From NCBI RefSeq assembly GCF_001194135.2, contig NC_068981.1:22933091-22997090 (forward strand): a stretch of 64,000 nucleotides of DNA, written 5' to 3'. The notes beneath the pieces are model-generated. The model was not told the origin of the DNA and did no database searches. It saw only the letters and a program-made list of their open reading frames with translations. How positions within the stretch are numbered: the first letter of the stretch is position 1; each line of letters begins with the position of its first letter. The position numbers and the translations under genes were made by a program. Below are positions 1-11,899 of this stretch, piece after piece. Source of the stretch: Octopus bimaculoides (lineage: Eukaryota).

Positions 1-659
1 TCATCTTTTGTAAATAAGTACCAGTTGAGTACTGGGGCTGATGTAATCAACTTACTCTCACCCTTGAACTTGGTGGCCTTGTGCCAAAATTTGAAACCAT
101 CATCATCATCATCATCCTCGTCATTATTATTTTTATGACAAGCAGGTAGGAATGGTAGAATTGGTAGAGCAACAGACACCATCCTTTGCAGTATATAGTT
201 ATTTGTCTTTACATTCTGAATATGAATTTCACCAAAAGTTGACTTTGCGTTTTTGCCTTTTATGGGTTGAGAAAATAAGTACCAGACAAATACTATAGTC
301 AATATCAACTGTCCTTTACTCACAAAATGTGTAGCCTTGTGCTTATATCATAAATCATCGTCATCCTCAGTGTCGTTATTAAGGTCGTTGCCAGTGCCGC
401 TGGACTGGCTCCTGTGCAGGTGGCATGTAAAAAATACAATTTGAGCGTGGCCGTTGCCAGTACCGCCTGACTGGCCCTCGTGCCGGTGGCACGTAAAAGC
501 ACTCACTACACTCTCAGAGTGGTTGGCATTAGGAAGGGCATCCAGCTGTAGAAACTCTGCCAGATCAGATTGGAGCCTGGTGCAACCATCTGGCTCACCA
601 GTCCTCAGTCAAATCGTCCAACCCCTGCTAGCCAGGAAAGTGGACGTTAAACGACGATG

Positions 660-694
<35 letters not shown>

Positions 695-1221
695 GGCAGA
701 GAGTTGGCAGAATCATTAACATGCCAGACAAAATGCTTAGTGGCATTTCTTCCAGCTTTGCTTTCTGAGTTCAAATTCCGCCAAGGTTGACTTTGCCTTT
801 CATCCTTTCGGTGTTTATAAAATGCGTACCAGTAAAATACCATGGCCAATGTAATCAACTTATCCCCTTCTCCGAAATTGCTGGCCTTGTACCAGAATTA
901 GAGACCGTTGTTATTATTATTATATTAGAGCAGCAAACTGACAGAATCATTAGTACGCTGGCCAAAATGCTTAGCGGCATTTTGTCCATTGTAATGATCT
1001 GAGTTCAAATTCCACCACGGTTAACTTTACCTTTCATCCTTTCAAAGTTGCTAAAATTAAGTACCACTTAAGTACTGAAATCAACATAATTGACTAACCC
1101 ATTCACCCTTAGATTTTCAGGTCTTGTACCTAAATTACTAACAACTATTATCATAAAAGTAATGGATGGCAGAATTGCTGGCTCACTGGATGAAATGCCA
1201 TGCAGTATTTCATTAGATTCT

Positions 1222-1610
1222 TTTTTACTCTTTTACTTGTTTCAGTCATTTGACTGTGGCCATGTTGGAGCACCGCCTTTAGTCAAGCAAATCGACCCCA
1301 GGACTTATTCTTTGTAAGCCTAGTACTTATTCTATCGATCTCTTTTTGCCGAACCGCTAAGTTGCGGGGACGTAAATACACCAGCATCGGTTGTCAAGCG
1401 ATGGTGGGGGGACAAACACAGACACACAAACACACATACATATATACGACGGGCTTCTTTCAGTTTCCGTCTACCAAATCCACTCACAAGGCTTTGGTCG
1501 GCCCGAGGCTATAGTAGAAGACACTTGCCCAAGGTGCCATGCAGTGGGACTGAACCTGGAACCATGTGGTTGGTAAGCAAGCTACTTACCACACAGGCAC
1601 TCCTGCGCCT
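1222..1610 (-). mobile_element. SINE family B (tRNA head plus CORE-like domain; resembles octopus OR2-type), representative copy
   Basis: Head AGGCGCAGGAGTGGCTGTGTGGTAAG..GGTTCAGTCCCACTGC, CORE-like GGCACCTTGGGCAAGTGTCTT, internal CA/TA microsatellite, tail (GAGTAAAA)n. Other copies near 28826, 30320, 31010, 36765 (+), 42075, 46400, 52930 and 53995. The family name is from memory and needs a library check. Confidence 0.85.
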
Positions 1611-2099
1611 TCAACTTCTGAGATTAAATCTCACCAAGGTCAGCTTTACCGTTCATCCTTCCAGGATCAGTAAATTGAACTACCACTCAATGTACTGGAC
1701 TTCATATAATTGATTACACTTTACTCCAAAATGTTTGGCTAAGTACATCATTATAATTTTAAATGTCTGCTTTACCATGTGTGCATGGGTTGGACAGTTT
1801 ATTGAAACAGATTTTCTGTGGCCAGATGCTCTTCCTATTACTGATCCTTACCTCTTTCCAAGCAAAACAATATTTCCCCATGCCCAAACATGTTTTTGCA
1901 CAGTATTGGAAATGAATGACATTCATTTACAACAATCATATGAGGATTAGACAAGAAGACACAAATACTCTCTCTAATCTCAGACTAAATCCTATCAAAT
2001 ATTAAGTTTTGGCTTTTTATATTCTCAGTTCAAATTCTGCAAAAGCTAACTTTCCTTTTCATGCTTCTAGGTTTAAGACTGATACAATAAAAACATATC

Positions 2100-3190
2100 T
2101 TAAGCAAGTTAGAAACAGTTTTACTTTATTTTTATTGTGTTGATTCTATTTCTTCATATATTTTTCTATTTAAACTAAATTATTTTTCTTGTGACTCAAG
2201 TTTCATGCCACTGAAATCATCAGGCAAGAACTGTCTTCTTTCGGTATTCAGGTTGGTTTTATATACTTTGAAGCTGGTTTTTCCTTTTGTCTATGGCTAT
2301 CTTTTTTTTAATTGGTTGGGTTCTAATGCTGTTTTGTTGTTGTTTTATTGAAATATTTTCTATAGTTGTTGTCATTTCATTTGTCAATTTATTGGTGGTT
2401 CTATTTTTTGTTGGTTGGCATCATTGTTGTATGTCTACGTTTTTTTTACCAAAATTATGCATCTGTAAATTTGTTTTTCTTGAATTATCTTTTTATTGTT
2501 TTCTATTGACTAATTCAGTCATCTTTTTCTTTCTGCTTGTCAACTGTATTCTTATATCTTGTTTTGTCAAAGTTGTTTATTTGTTTATCATTTATTTATT
2601 GGCCAATTCAATAGTCATTCTCTATCTGCTTGTTAATTATGTAATTAATATCCTGTTTTGTGAAATTGTCTGCTTTGAAGTCTGTCAACATTATAACTTC
2701 TAATTTTATATATAAAGTTACGAAAATTGTTTTTGATATATTCTGTAAGGAGTTTATATTTGTTATGTGGTGTCTTTAAACTGTTGTTCTTTTCTATGAT
2801 CTAATTTGCTGATTACTTTGTTTCATTGATCTGTTGGTGTTGGCAGTTTTGAGTTCCACTGCTATTTTCACTGACATTATTTAATAGGTTGTTTACCCTG
2901 TTTGCAGTTCAGACAAGTCTTAAAAAGGGAATTTATTCTGGTGCCTGCAGTGGGACATCCTCTCAGTTCTTCTGTTGAGCAAGCTTATTTCGTGCATAAT
3001 TGTAATGTTTTTCTGTTTCATGGTGGCGTATCTAAGAACCATTTGTGTATTAAAAGGCATGTCTATTATTGCCAACTTTATATTATCCTCCCTTAGTCCC
3101 AAACGTTCTTTGATGAATAGATGGCAGGAGTGATGAATGGACTGACCAACCAACAGATGCATGAATGGGAGCGCACAAACATGCACACAA
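2100..3190 (-). mobile_element. Penelope-like element remnant (GIY-YIG C-terminus, downstream region and hammerhead)
   Basis: The minus ORF ends SCHLF..KLAII..LLNRRTERMSHCRHQNKF*, like the PLE C-terminal C.LC..EK.AI..LN.RSE..S.CRH.NKF. The hammerhead motif lies downstream. Confidence 0.6.
2186..2230 (-). ncRNA. Type I hammerhead ribozyme motif (partly degenerate, Penelope-associated)
   Basis: The minus strand reads TTCTTG-C-CTGATGA-TTTCAGTGGCAT-GAAAC-TTGA-GTC-A-CAAGAA. Stem I (TTCTTG/CAAGAA), the CUGAUGA and GAAA cores, a minimal stem III (AC/GT) and the GUC cleavage triplet are in the correct order. Stem II is imperfect. Confidence 0.65.
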
Positions 3191-5384
3191 ATGCTGAAGA
3201 GAAGTTCATTCTCTAACCTAATTATCTCTATATGTGTGTACTTAGATCAAGGAAAAGTGATGGCCTGTTCATCTACATTTATATAGTTTCAACAGTCAGT
3301 TGTGATAGACATAGCTAGCACCAGATATTAACACTTTTGATACCAACCTGCCTGAGACAGCCTTTGATTCTATTATACAAAACTCTTTCTATATATTTAT
3401 ATGTAAATGTAGTGAATTGCTTCAAATACTTGATTATTTAAAAAAATTAACTAAAGCCTATAGAGAGTATTTATTTCCTTAGAAATGTGGTCCCAAAAGA
3501 GTCAAACCCATGATAATTTGTAAATATTAAGTACTGTTTGTTGAGATCAAGTATTCTGAAGTAAAAATCATTTTTAAATAATGATATTCACTTTTGTCTT
3601 TATCTTCATTCGGTACTAAATCACTTCAAATTTCTTTCAGCAAGCGTCACCACTGCGCCACCAAGTAACTGTGAGTGTATCAATGGTTTATGATTTTGGG
3701 TTCTTTGTTTTGTTTTGTATTTCTTCTTTTACCAAGAAGCTCATGGCTTAACAGTTTCCCCCATCCCTCTATTGATACAAACTACTATATTTCAAATTAT
3801 GTATGATTTTTTTTCATTCCCCTGGCTTGTATCTTCAAATGTGCTCTCCATCTTATCGTGCTTAATTATATTCTTCAAAATGCTTACATTTCTACCATGT
3901 GATATTCATTGCAGTTGCAATAGCTATAACAGGAATATATTGGTAGTAGTAGTAGTGTGTGTGGTGGCACTGATCCATTGCTCTACAAGAATTTTATCCA
4001 CCTTTAGAAACTAAAATTTGGTAAATTTTTGGCAATGATTTGCTAATACTGACGGCTAATTTGGGTCTATTTCCATAAAGTTCAGTATTCATCATGTTAG
4101 ACTGACAAAAATGTTTCTATCAGTATTTTCTCCCAATCCATTTTAGGATGGTGTTCCTAATTCAGAAAGCCATTGATATCACCTAAATCTCATAACTCCT
4201 TGGACTTCTGGCTCACCATTAAAGATTTTGTCTTCATGTAGCATAATTAGAATATCTGCTTCTTAGCTTGTGTGTGTGTGTGTGAGTGAGACATAGTTAT
4301 TTGTGAATTTGAAGTTGGTACCCTGCTCATCGGTGGTCTCACTGTTTACAACAGCAATAACCTTCACTAACCTATAGTGAATATCTACACAGGTAGATAG
4401 AGCTATTTGACAGCATACACGACCATTTTTGGGGACAAATATTTTGCTTCAGGCTATATTATTGTGCCAGTGAAGCATCATATTAAGTTGTAAAAAAAGG
4501 AGAAAATGAATGGTTTAAAAATAATGCATTCATAAGCAATGGACATACTGAAGACAGGTTGAAGATAACTCAAAAGTAGATCCAACATCCCAATCAATGG
4601 TTCACTGTATTGTTGAAGGTGTGACAAGAGGTATTTGTGCATTCAGCTTTTGATCTTGAGAGCTATTTCTTAGACTAAGTTCAGTTAGGTAAGTGTGCAA
4701 TTTAAGGCATTCTTCCAGGATAGACATATATAGATTTAGCACTGCTAGATTTAGACATCATCTCATCCTAAACTATAACCCTTAGGTGTTCCTTGTTAAA
4801 AAAAAAAAATAGACCAAAAGGTCTCCCAAGATTTAAAAACATGTGCTTTTCAATTATTTTGAAGCCTTTATGATTTGTAAGGCCCTAAACCAAAGTTTGT
4901 TTAGCATATTCTTAAACCCAGCACTAATTCTATGATGTTTCTGATTGTTGATAAAGAAAATTCTCTACAATCATTCATAAACCACAATTTCCTGAATAAG
5001 CTACCATATATAAGTCATAATAATTTCCAGAATATTTTTACTCTGAAAGTATATAAATACAGTCGTTTTGAATTTACTATTGCTTTATTTGAAGTAGAAT
5101 ATAAACAAAAAATAAACATTCATAGAATCTTTTTGTCTCAACTAAGTTTTATTTTTAATTAAAAATTCTTCTATTTTACATAAATAGCTCTAACATTGAC
5201 ATACTCTATGCAATAAATCACTCTGAGTAATTTTAGTATCACATTTTTATTGCGTGTCAGCAGTTTGCATGCGATAAAAACATATCTCTCAAGTAACAAG
5301 AGTAAAATTAAGACAACAGACATTGATATTGTTAAATAAACAAGGAAAACAATTAAAACCTTGTGTGTGTACACGTGGGTGTAA

Positions 5385-5416
<32 letters not shown>

Positions 5417-5679
5417 ATANNNNNNNNNNTATATATATGTATATATATATATATGGGTGCAGGCATGGACATATGATTAAGAAATTCATTTTGATACCAT
5501 GTGGTTTAGTGTTCATTTCGACTGCATGGACACTGTCAGCTATTTTCTATGATAGATATTGGTTGAGTTGACCAATGCCATGTATAAAATTTGATCAACA
5601 GAAACTAGAGGTTCATTGTATATATATATGTACATATGAGCATATGTGTGTGCATATATACACATACACACACATATAT

Positions 5680-5989
5680 GGCTCATGTCAACACAAAGGA
5701 GATACACATTTAAAAATTATATTACAATTAATAAGAGGAATGACCACTAAAGTGGATTCCTATATACTAAACATAGACGTCAAATCGCCTTACCACAAAG
5801 AGTATGTTCTCAAGAAAAAATCTCAGCAAACACCAGAATGTAAAAATAAGCAAGACATTTTTCTTGCTTATTTATACATTCTGGTGTTTGCTGAGATTTT
5901 TTTCTTGAGAACACACTCTTTGTGGTAAGGCGATTTGACGTCTATGTTTAGCATATAGGAATCCACTTTAGTGGTCATTCCTCTTATTA

Positions 5990-6020
<31 letters not shown>

Positions 6021-6083
6021 GATAGATAGATAGATGAACAGAAAGATAGATATATGTGTATCTCCTTTGTGTTGACCTGAGCC
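5680..6083. repeat. Long fold-back inverted repeat
   Basis: Inner arms at about 5723-5855 / 5862-5994 with a 6-nt loop. Outer arms at 5680-5709 / 6054-6083. Confidence 0.9.
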
Positions 6084-6345
6084 CATTAATTGAAAACAAG
6101 TTATCACCATGGCTATGATGCTCCCCAACTACTTTTACTCATGATCAGAGATGCACATATCATCAGCCACCAAGGGACATGCTCAACTGGTGAAGGTCAA
6201 ACAACTGACAAGCAAATCTGTGGTACTGAGCAGAATATTTGCTGTTGCCCATCTTTTATACCAAAACAAAACAATGTACATAATAACACTTCCAATCAAT
6301 CAAGATCAGAAGCCATGAGACCCACTGCCTGGTACTACACCAGGG

Positions 6346-6400
<55 letters not shown>

Positions 6401-6610
6401 TGGCAAGCTGGCAGAATCATTAGCATAACAAGTGAAATGCTTAGTGGCATTTTGTCCGTCTTTACTTTCTAAGTTCAAATTCCACCAGGATTGACTTCGC
6501 CTTTCATCCTGTCGGGGTTGATAAATTAGTGAAATACAGGGGTCGATGTAATTAACTAGTCCCCTTCCCCAAATTCCAGGCCTTGTGCCTATAGTAGAAA
6601 GGATTATTAC

Positions 6611-7112
6611 TATTTTTATTTCTTTTTATGGCATGTTTTGTCGGGACTCCTGGAGTCTTACATGCATAGTGGGCTAGCTATCTAATACTTTCCTGATTAT
6701 TTTGGCCACGCCAAAGAGGCAAACCTTTTGTAATAGTTCTACTGGGCACTCTATTCCAGTTTCCTTTATATTCACCTTCTTCATTTTCCATAGCCAGGCT
6801 ATTTCATATTTAAGAGGGTTGTATTTATCTATGTTTTTGCCTTCCTTCTTGACTATTTGTGGGTCAAAGGGGCATGAAACATCAACTATATAGCATATGT
6901 GGTGCATCTTATCCACCACCACTTGGTCTGGTCTGTTATGCTCTAGCACCTGATCTGTTTGTATTAGGAATTCTCCGAGCCTGCCACTCTCTGCGGCTTG
7001 TGCTCACACCATGTCTTGCCTCTCTCCAGCCCCCATGTTTCACACAGTTTCTAATGTAGCATTTTCACTACCTGATTATGTTACCACAACTTGTAGTGGT
7101 TTAGGGCAAGTC
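6611..7112 (-). mobile_element. 5'-truncated R4/Dong-clade (RLE endonuclease) LINE
   Basis: Translates ...EHNRPDQVVVDK...CYIVDVSCPFD..KE..KY..LKYEI..LW.M.KV...LQKVCLFGVAKIIRKVLDS*, a restriction-like endonuclease C-terminus. Upstream is NHYKLW.HNQVVKMLH.KLCETWG. Flanked by a near-duplicated 24-nt motif. Confidence 0.8.
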
Positions 7113-7625
7113 TAGGGCCTTGTGCCTGTTGTAGAAAGCATTATTATTATTATTATTATCATTATTATTGTTGTTATTGTTACTATTATTATTACTATAT
7201 GTAATGTGCCTGTAGTTGCTTTCTTTTGTTCTTACTTATTGATACGCATACACATTTATTTATCTTTTTATATTCTATGCTCTACGAGACTCACTGTGAC
7301 TACATATTACCATGAAATTTTGATGGACAGTTTTATTTCTAAATCACCTTAAAAGATGAAGTTTGTATCAAAGAATCAGGGAGTCTCAGATGGTTTGGTA
7401 TCAAAAGGATTAAAGACAAATATCTGTGATAGGCAGAGTTAATTTTATAACAACTAGACTAGTTGATCTAGCTAGTTTCTGTATATAAGAGTTTTCATAA
7501 CTTTATACTTTTAACCAATTTAGTTCTTTATAATTTGACATAAAAAAAACATCATTTGTCATTGATTCCATTGGTATCTTACAGGTTTTCTTGCTATCCA
7601 TTCTATAAATTTCATTTGTTGTCAC

Positions 7626-7662
<37 letters not shown>

Positions 7663-8099
7663 NNNNNNNNNNNNNNNNNNNNNNNNNNNNNNNNNNNNNN
7701 NNNNNNNNNNNNNNNNNNNNNNNNNNNNNNNNNNNNNNNNNNNNNNNNNNNNNNNNNNNNNNNNNNNNNNNNNNNNNNNNNNNNNNNNNNNNNNNNNNNN
7801 NNNNNNNNNNNNNNNNNNNNNNNNNNNNNNNNNNNNNNNNNNNNNNNNNNNNNNNNNNNNNNNNNNNNNNNNNNNNNNNNNNNNNNNNNNNNNNNNNNNN
7901 NNNNNATATATATATATATATATATATATAACATTTATCTTTTTGTCTATTAGGACTATTTTGGCAATGTTTTATGGCCAAATACCTTTCCTGATGCTAA
8001 CCATTTTGGTTATACCTTTGAACACCTGGAATATTGTAGGTGTGTCAGGTTTTTGAGGTCATTTCTATGAATTTAAAAAAAAAGACACTGGAAACAAAC

Positions 8100-9035
8100 T
8101 GATACAAATAATCTTGAGAATTCTTTTATCAAACCTATTCAATGAATCTGCCATTAACACCAATAGCTGCTTCAATACACGAACAAATCAAATAGTCTTT
8201 ATCACTTTTTTGGACATAGCGCTTTTTATGGGAGACTTGAGAGATTGTATAATGTTATGGGAGTGTCGATTGACCTCCGTCTTGACTATGCCCCTTATGT
8301 AATAGTCCAGTGGATTGAGGTCTGGTGAGTTAAGAGGCTGTGTCTGGGAGAACATGATCATGGAGATTGGCACATATCCACCTCGAATTGTCCTACCTTT
8401 ATGAAATGGTGCAGTCTTGTTGGAAGACGTAAAGTCTTCTGTTCTATACTTTGTCTATCCAGGGCCTCATAACTTTTTCCAACATCTCTGTGTAAACAGT
8501 GACATTGACTGCTAAGCCCCATGCATGACTGTTGGAACCTCATTCAGGTCTCTTGCATAACCTTCTGTCATTCCTTTAGTTTACCTTTTGGTCCTGATTG
8601 AAGTTTTTCTTATCAGAGAAACACCAAAGCATTCCAGCCTCTTGCTGTTTAACGAGCGCTTTGCACAGCTTGAACAATTCACTCTTGTCACATCTGACAT
8701 AGATTGAAACCTTTGCATCACATGAGTCTTGTATCGGATGTCCTCATGCACAAGTCTACCAAGGATGCATTCTGAGACCTTGAGGTCTTTCATAATGGCT
8801 CTGATTGACTTTCCCAGGCTTTATCAATTATTTCCTGGACTTTCTGCACAAAGTCACATGTTCGGATGCTATTAGAACCCTGTGCATGCATTTTGCGACT
8901 AGCTGCTGATATTGGATCCCTATCAGCAGCTTCCAGCTTCTTTCAAACTTTCACAATCCTTCTCTGTATTACTATGTGGCTATTTTGAGGCAATGATTAC
9001 AGCGTGACTTTTTATTTGCTGAGTCAACCCAATAT
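8100..9035 (-). mobile_element. Decayed Tc1/mariner transposase
   Basis: The minus strand gives YVFQQD..(A)PFH and PLNSPDLNPLDYYIRGIVKTEV, DDD-domain motifs broken by frameshifts. Boundaries approximate. Confidence 0.8.
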
Positions 9036-10026
9036 CTGACATTATTTAAAAAGTAACATTTAAAAAAATGTAAGAAGAAAGTTAGAGCTCTTGAAAGGGG
9101 TTTCCTAAAAGAAAATAATGCACCCTGTACGTGATGTTTCAACTAAACCCATATTTCAATGAGCTGGTCAAATACACTATTCAAACTGGTCAAAAACACT
9201 ATTCAAACTGGTCAAAGTTTGGATAATGTATTCAGGAGTCTCACTATCATTTCGGTACAAGCATATCAAATATGAAGTTTAAATAATGTAGTAAACATAC
9301 TTCCAAAAAATGATTTAACCTTTTTGCTATCAGAAACACACAGCCTTTGTTTCAGTTAATTTTGAAAATAGTGAAGAATTTGCTAAAATAACTGTCATAA
9401 TTAAGTTGGTCTTTGGAACATGAATTAACATAAAATTTTCATGGAAGGTTTCAATTTTGATCTCTTTAAAACAGTAAGTTTGTGTCATAGAACCAGGAGT
9501 AGTCTCAATCAGGTTGGTATCAAAAGGGTATCACCAATGATTTAACAGAAGTTTTGAGGGATCTTCTTTGCAATCACCCTACCTGCTGAAATAGCAATGA
9601 ATCTCCCAAAAATTACACCTTACATTTTAACAGGGAAAGACATTTTGGATAATGTGGTACTAGAACTACTGTCTGAATAAAAAAAAATAGGATCACTTTT
9701 GCTGAAATTCTTTTGATTATAGTCTGAGTAAATCAGAAAGACCTTGACTTTACTCAATGCAACAACGTTTTAGATAACTACAGTTAAGATTTCAAGCACA
9801 TTTTGACAAGATTTCAAATTATTGCCCACAGTGATACAGAGATAACTCTCCTTTTATGGTAACAAGGGACAATGAATTTAAAGCAAAGAAATAAAATATT
9901 ACTTTTTGTTTTTTGATAATTTTTTTTTTTACAGTGTTCCTTCTCAATCTCCTTGTTCTGTAAATTTCTTTATGCAGATATTCTTCTTAGCAGAGAATAC
10001 AGGTGTGTATGCCTGTGTGTGTATAC

Positions 10027-10073
<47 letters not shown>

Positions 10074-10193
10074 CATACGTACACACACACACATTCACAC
10101 ACAGAAATACACAGCCCTATCTATGCAGGTTTTCAAGGGGGTGGGTTTCCCCTCTTATGTACAGCTATCTTTAATGGTTGTTTTGTGCTTCAG

Positions 10194-10412
10194 CATCAAC
10201 TTCCACCTCCTCCACCTCACCATCTTCGTCAGTTGTCACGACAGCCTGCTCGATGCCGCCGGCCAATCTCTTCGGCCTTGGCACTGACGTCGGCATCAGC
10301 AAGCCAGAGGAACAGTCGTGGTAGCCACTACAGACATTCGGATGAGACTTGTTCAGTCAATAGCTTCAAATACCAATCTTACCAAACCAACACAGAAAAC
10401 AGACCAAAAGGT
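10194..10412 (+). CDS. Candidate additional or alternative GRIP exon (unconfirmed)
   Basis: GC-rich unique island. Acceptor ttttgtgcttcag|CAT and donor GGT|gtaagc; 219 nt, open in phase 0-0, compatible with the phase-0 exon at 28147. No recognisable homology. Confidence 0.35.
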
Positions 10413-10788
10413 GTAAGCATTGGTAATCTTTAGCATATTGAGAATCTTCAGTAATTAGATGCTAAAAGACTGCTTCCATTGTTTTGTTCTCTAACATTTA
10501 CTACACTCACATTTTGGACTTTGGCACCAGTAAATGACTTTGGATTTGCCCCTATTTTGCTGCCAAATTGTTCAATTGTTCATGTTTAGTCAATTAACCA
10601 AGTAATTAGTTTTTCTTCCTATGCTGGTTGGTTGTTTTTAATTTCTTTTTTAACTTTGCGCTGCATCCTTCACAAGAAAAAATAAAACAACTTGTATACT
10701 TCTTCTTAGCATGCATGTGATAATGTTACAGTTCCACATTAATAGATTGTGTATGTGTGTAATATATATATATATATATATATATATA

Positions 10789-11670
10789 NNNNNNNNNNNN
10801 NNNNNNNNNNNNNNNNNNNNNNNNNNNNNNNNNNNNNNNNNNNNNNNNNNNNNNNNNNNNNNNNNNNNNNNNNNNNNNNNNNNNNNNNNNNNNNNNNNNN
10901 NNNNNNNNNNNNNNNNNNNNNNNNNNNNNNNNNNNNNNNNNNNNNNNNNNNNNNNNNNNNNNNNNNNNNNNNNNNNNNNNNNNNNNNNNNNNNNNNNNNN
11001 NNNNNNNNNNNNNNNNNNNNNNNNNNNNNNNNNNNNNNNNNNNNNNNNNNNNNNNNNNNNNNNNNNNNNNNNNNNNNNNNNNNNNNNNNNNNNNNNNNNN
11101 NNNNNNNNNNNNNNNNNNNNNNNNNNNNNNNNNNNNNNNNNNNNNNNNNNNNNNNNNNNNNNNNNNNNNNNNNNNNNNNNNNNNNNNNNNNNNNNNNNNN
11201 NNNNNNNNNNNNNNNNNNNNNNNNNNNNNNNNNNNNNNNNNNNNNNNNNNNNNNNNNNNNNNNNNNNNNNNNNNNNNNNNNNNNNNNNNNNNNNNNNNNN
11301 NNNNNNNNNNNNNNNNNNNNNNNNNNNNNNNNNNNNNNNNNNNNNNNNNNNNNNNNNNNNNNNNNNNNNNNNNNNNNNNNNNNNNNNNNNNNNNNNNNNN
11401 NNNNNNNNNNNNNNNNNNNNNNNNNNNNNNNNNNNNNNNNNNNNNNNNNNNNNNNNNNNNNNNNNNNNNNNNNNNNNNNNNNNNNNNNNNNNNNNNNNNN
11501 NNNNNNNNNNNNNNNNNNNNNNNNNNNNNNNNNNNNNNNNNNNNNNNNNNNNNNNNNNNNNNNNNNNNNNNNNNNNNNNNNNNNNNNNNNNNNNNNNNNN
11601 NNNNNNNNNNNNNNNNNNNNNNNNNNNNNNNNNNNNNNNNNNNNNNNNNNNNNNNNNNNNNNNNNNNNNN
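10789..11670. other. Assembly gap (N). Others at 7663-7905, 13812-14027, 26382-27083 and 47936-48349, with short ones at 5420, 27727, 31768 and 42241
   Basis: N runs, several flanked by (TA)n. They could hide exons. Confidence 0.98.
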
Positions 11671-11825
11671 ATATAGAAAAATTAATAATTAAAAGCACAA
11701 TAAATAAGTATAATATAAAACAAAGTAAATATCATAAGATAAAGATAGTATCTTTATCTTATGATATTTACTTTGTTTTATATTATACTCATTTATTGTG
11801 CTTTTAATTATTAATTTTTCTATAT
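11671..11825. repeat. AT-rich palindrome with 77-bp arms, adjacent to an N-gap
   Basis: Symmetric about 11748 with one mismatch (11706/11790). Confidence 0.85.
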
Positions 11826-11899
11826 GTGATAGTGGATTTTCATTGATGAGTTCTTGAAACTTGGTTCTTTTCCCTAAAACTATATATTTTTATATATAT

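Noticed and set aside
2287-2703. 138-aa hydrophobic, membrane-protein-like ORF
   Set aside because: A by-product of a T-rich strand next to a Penelope-like remnant, with no splice or domain support.
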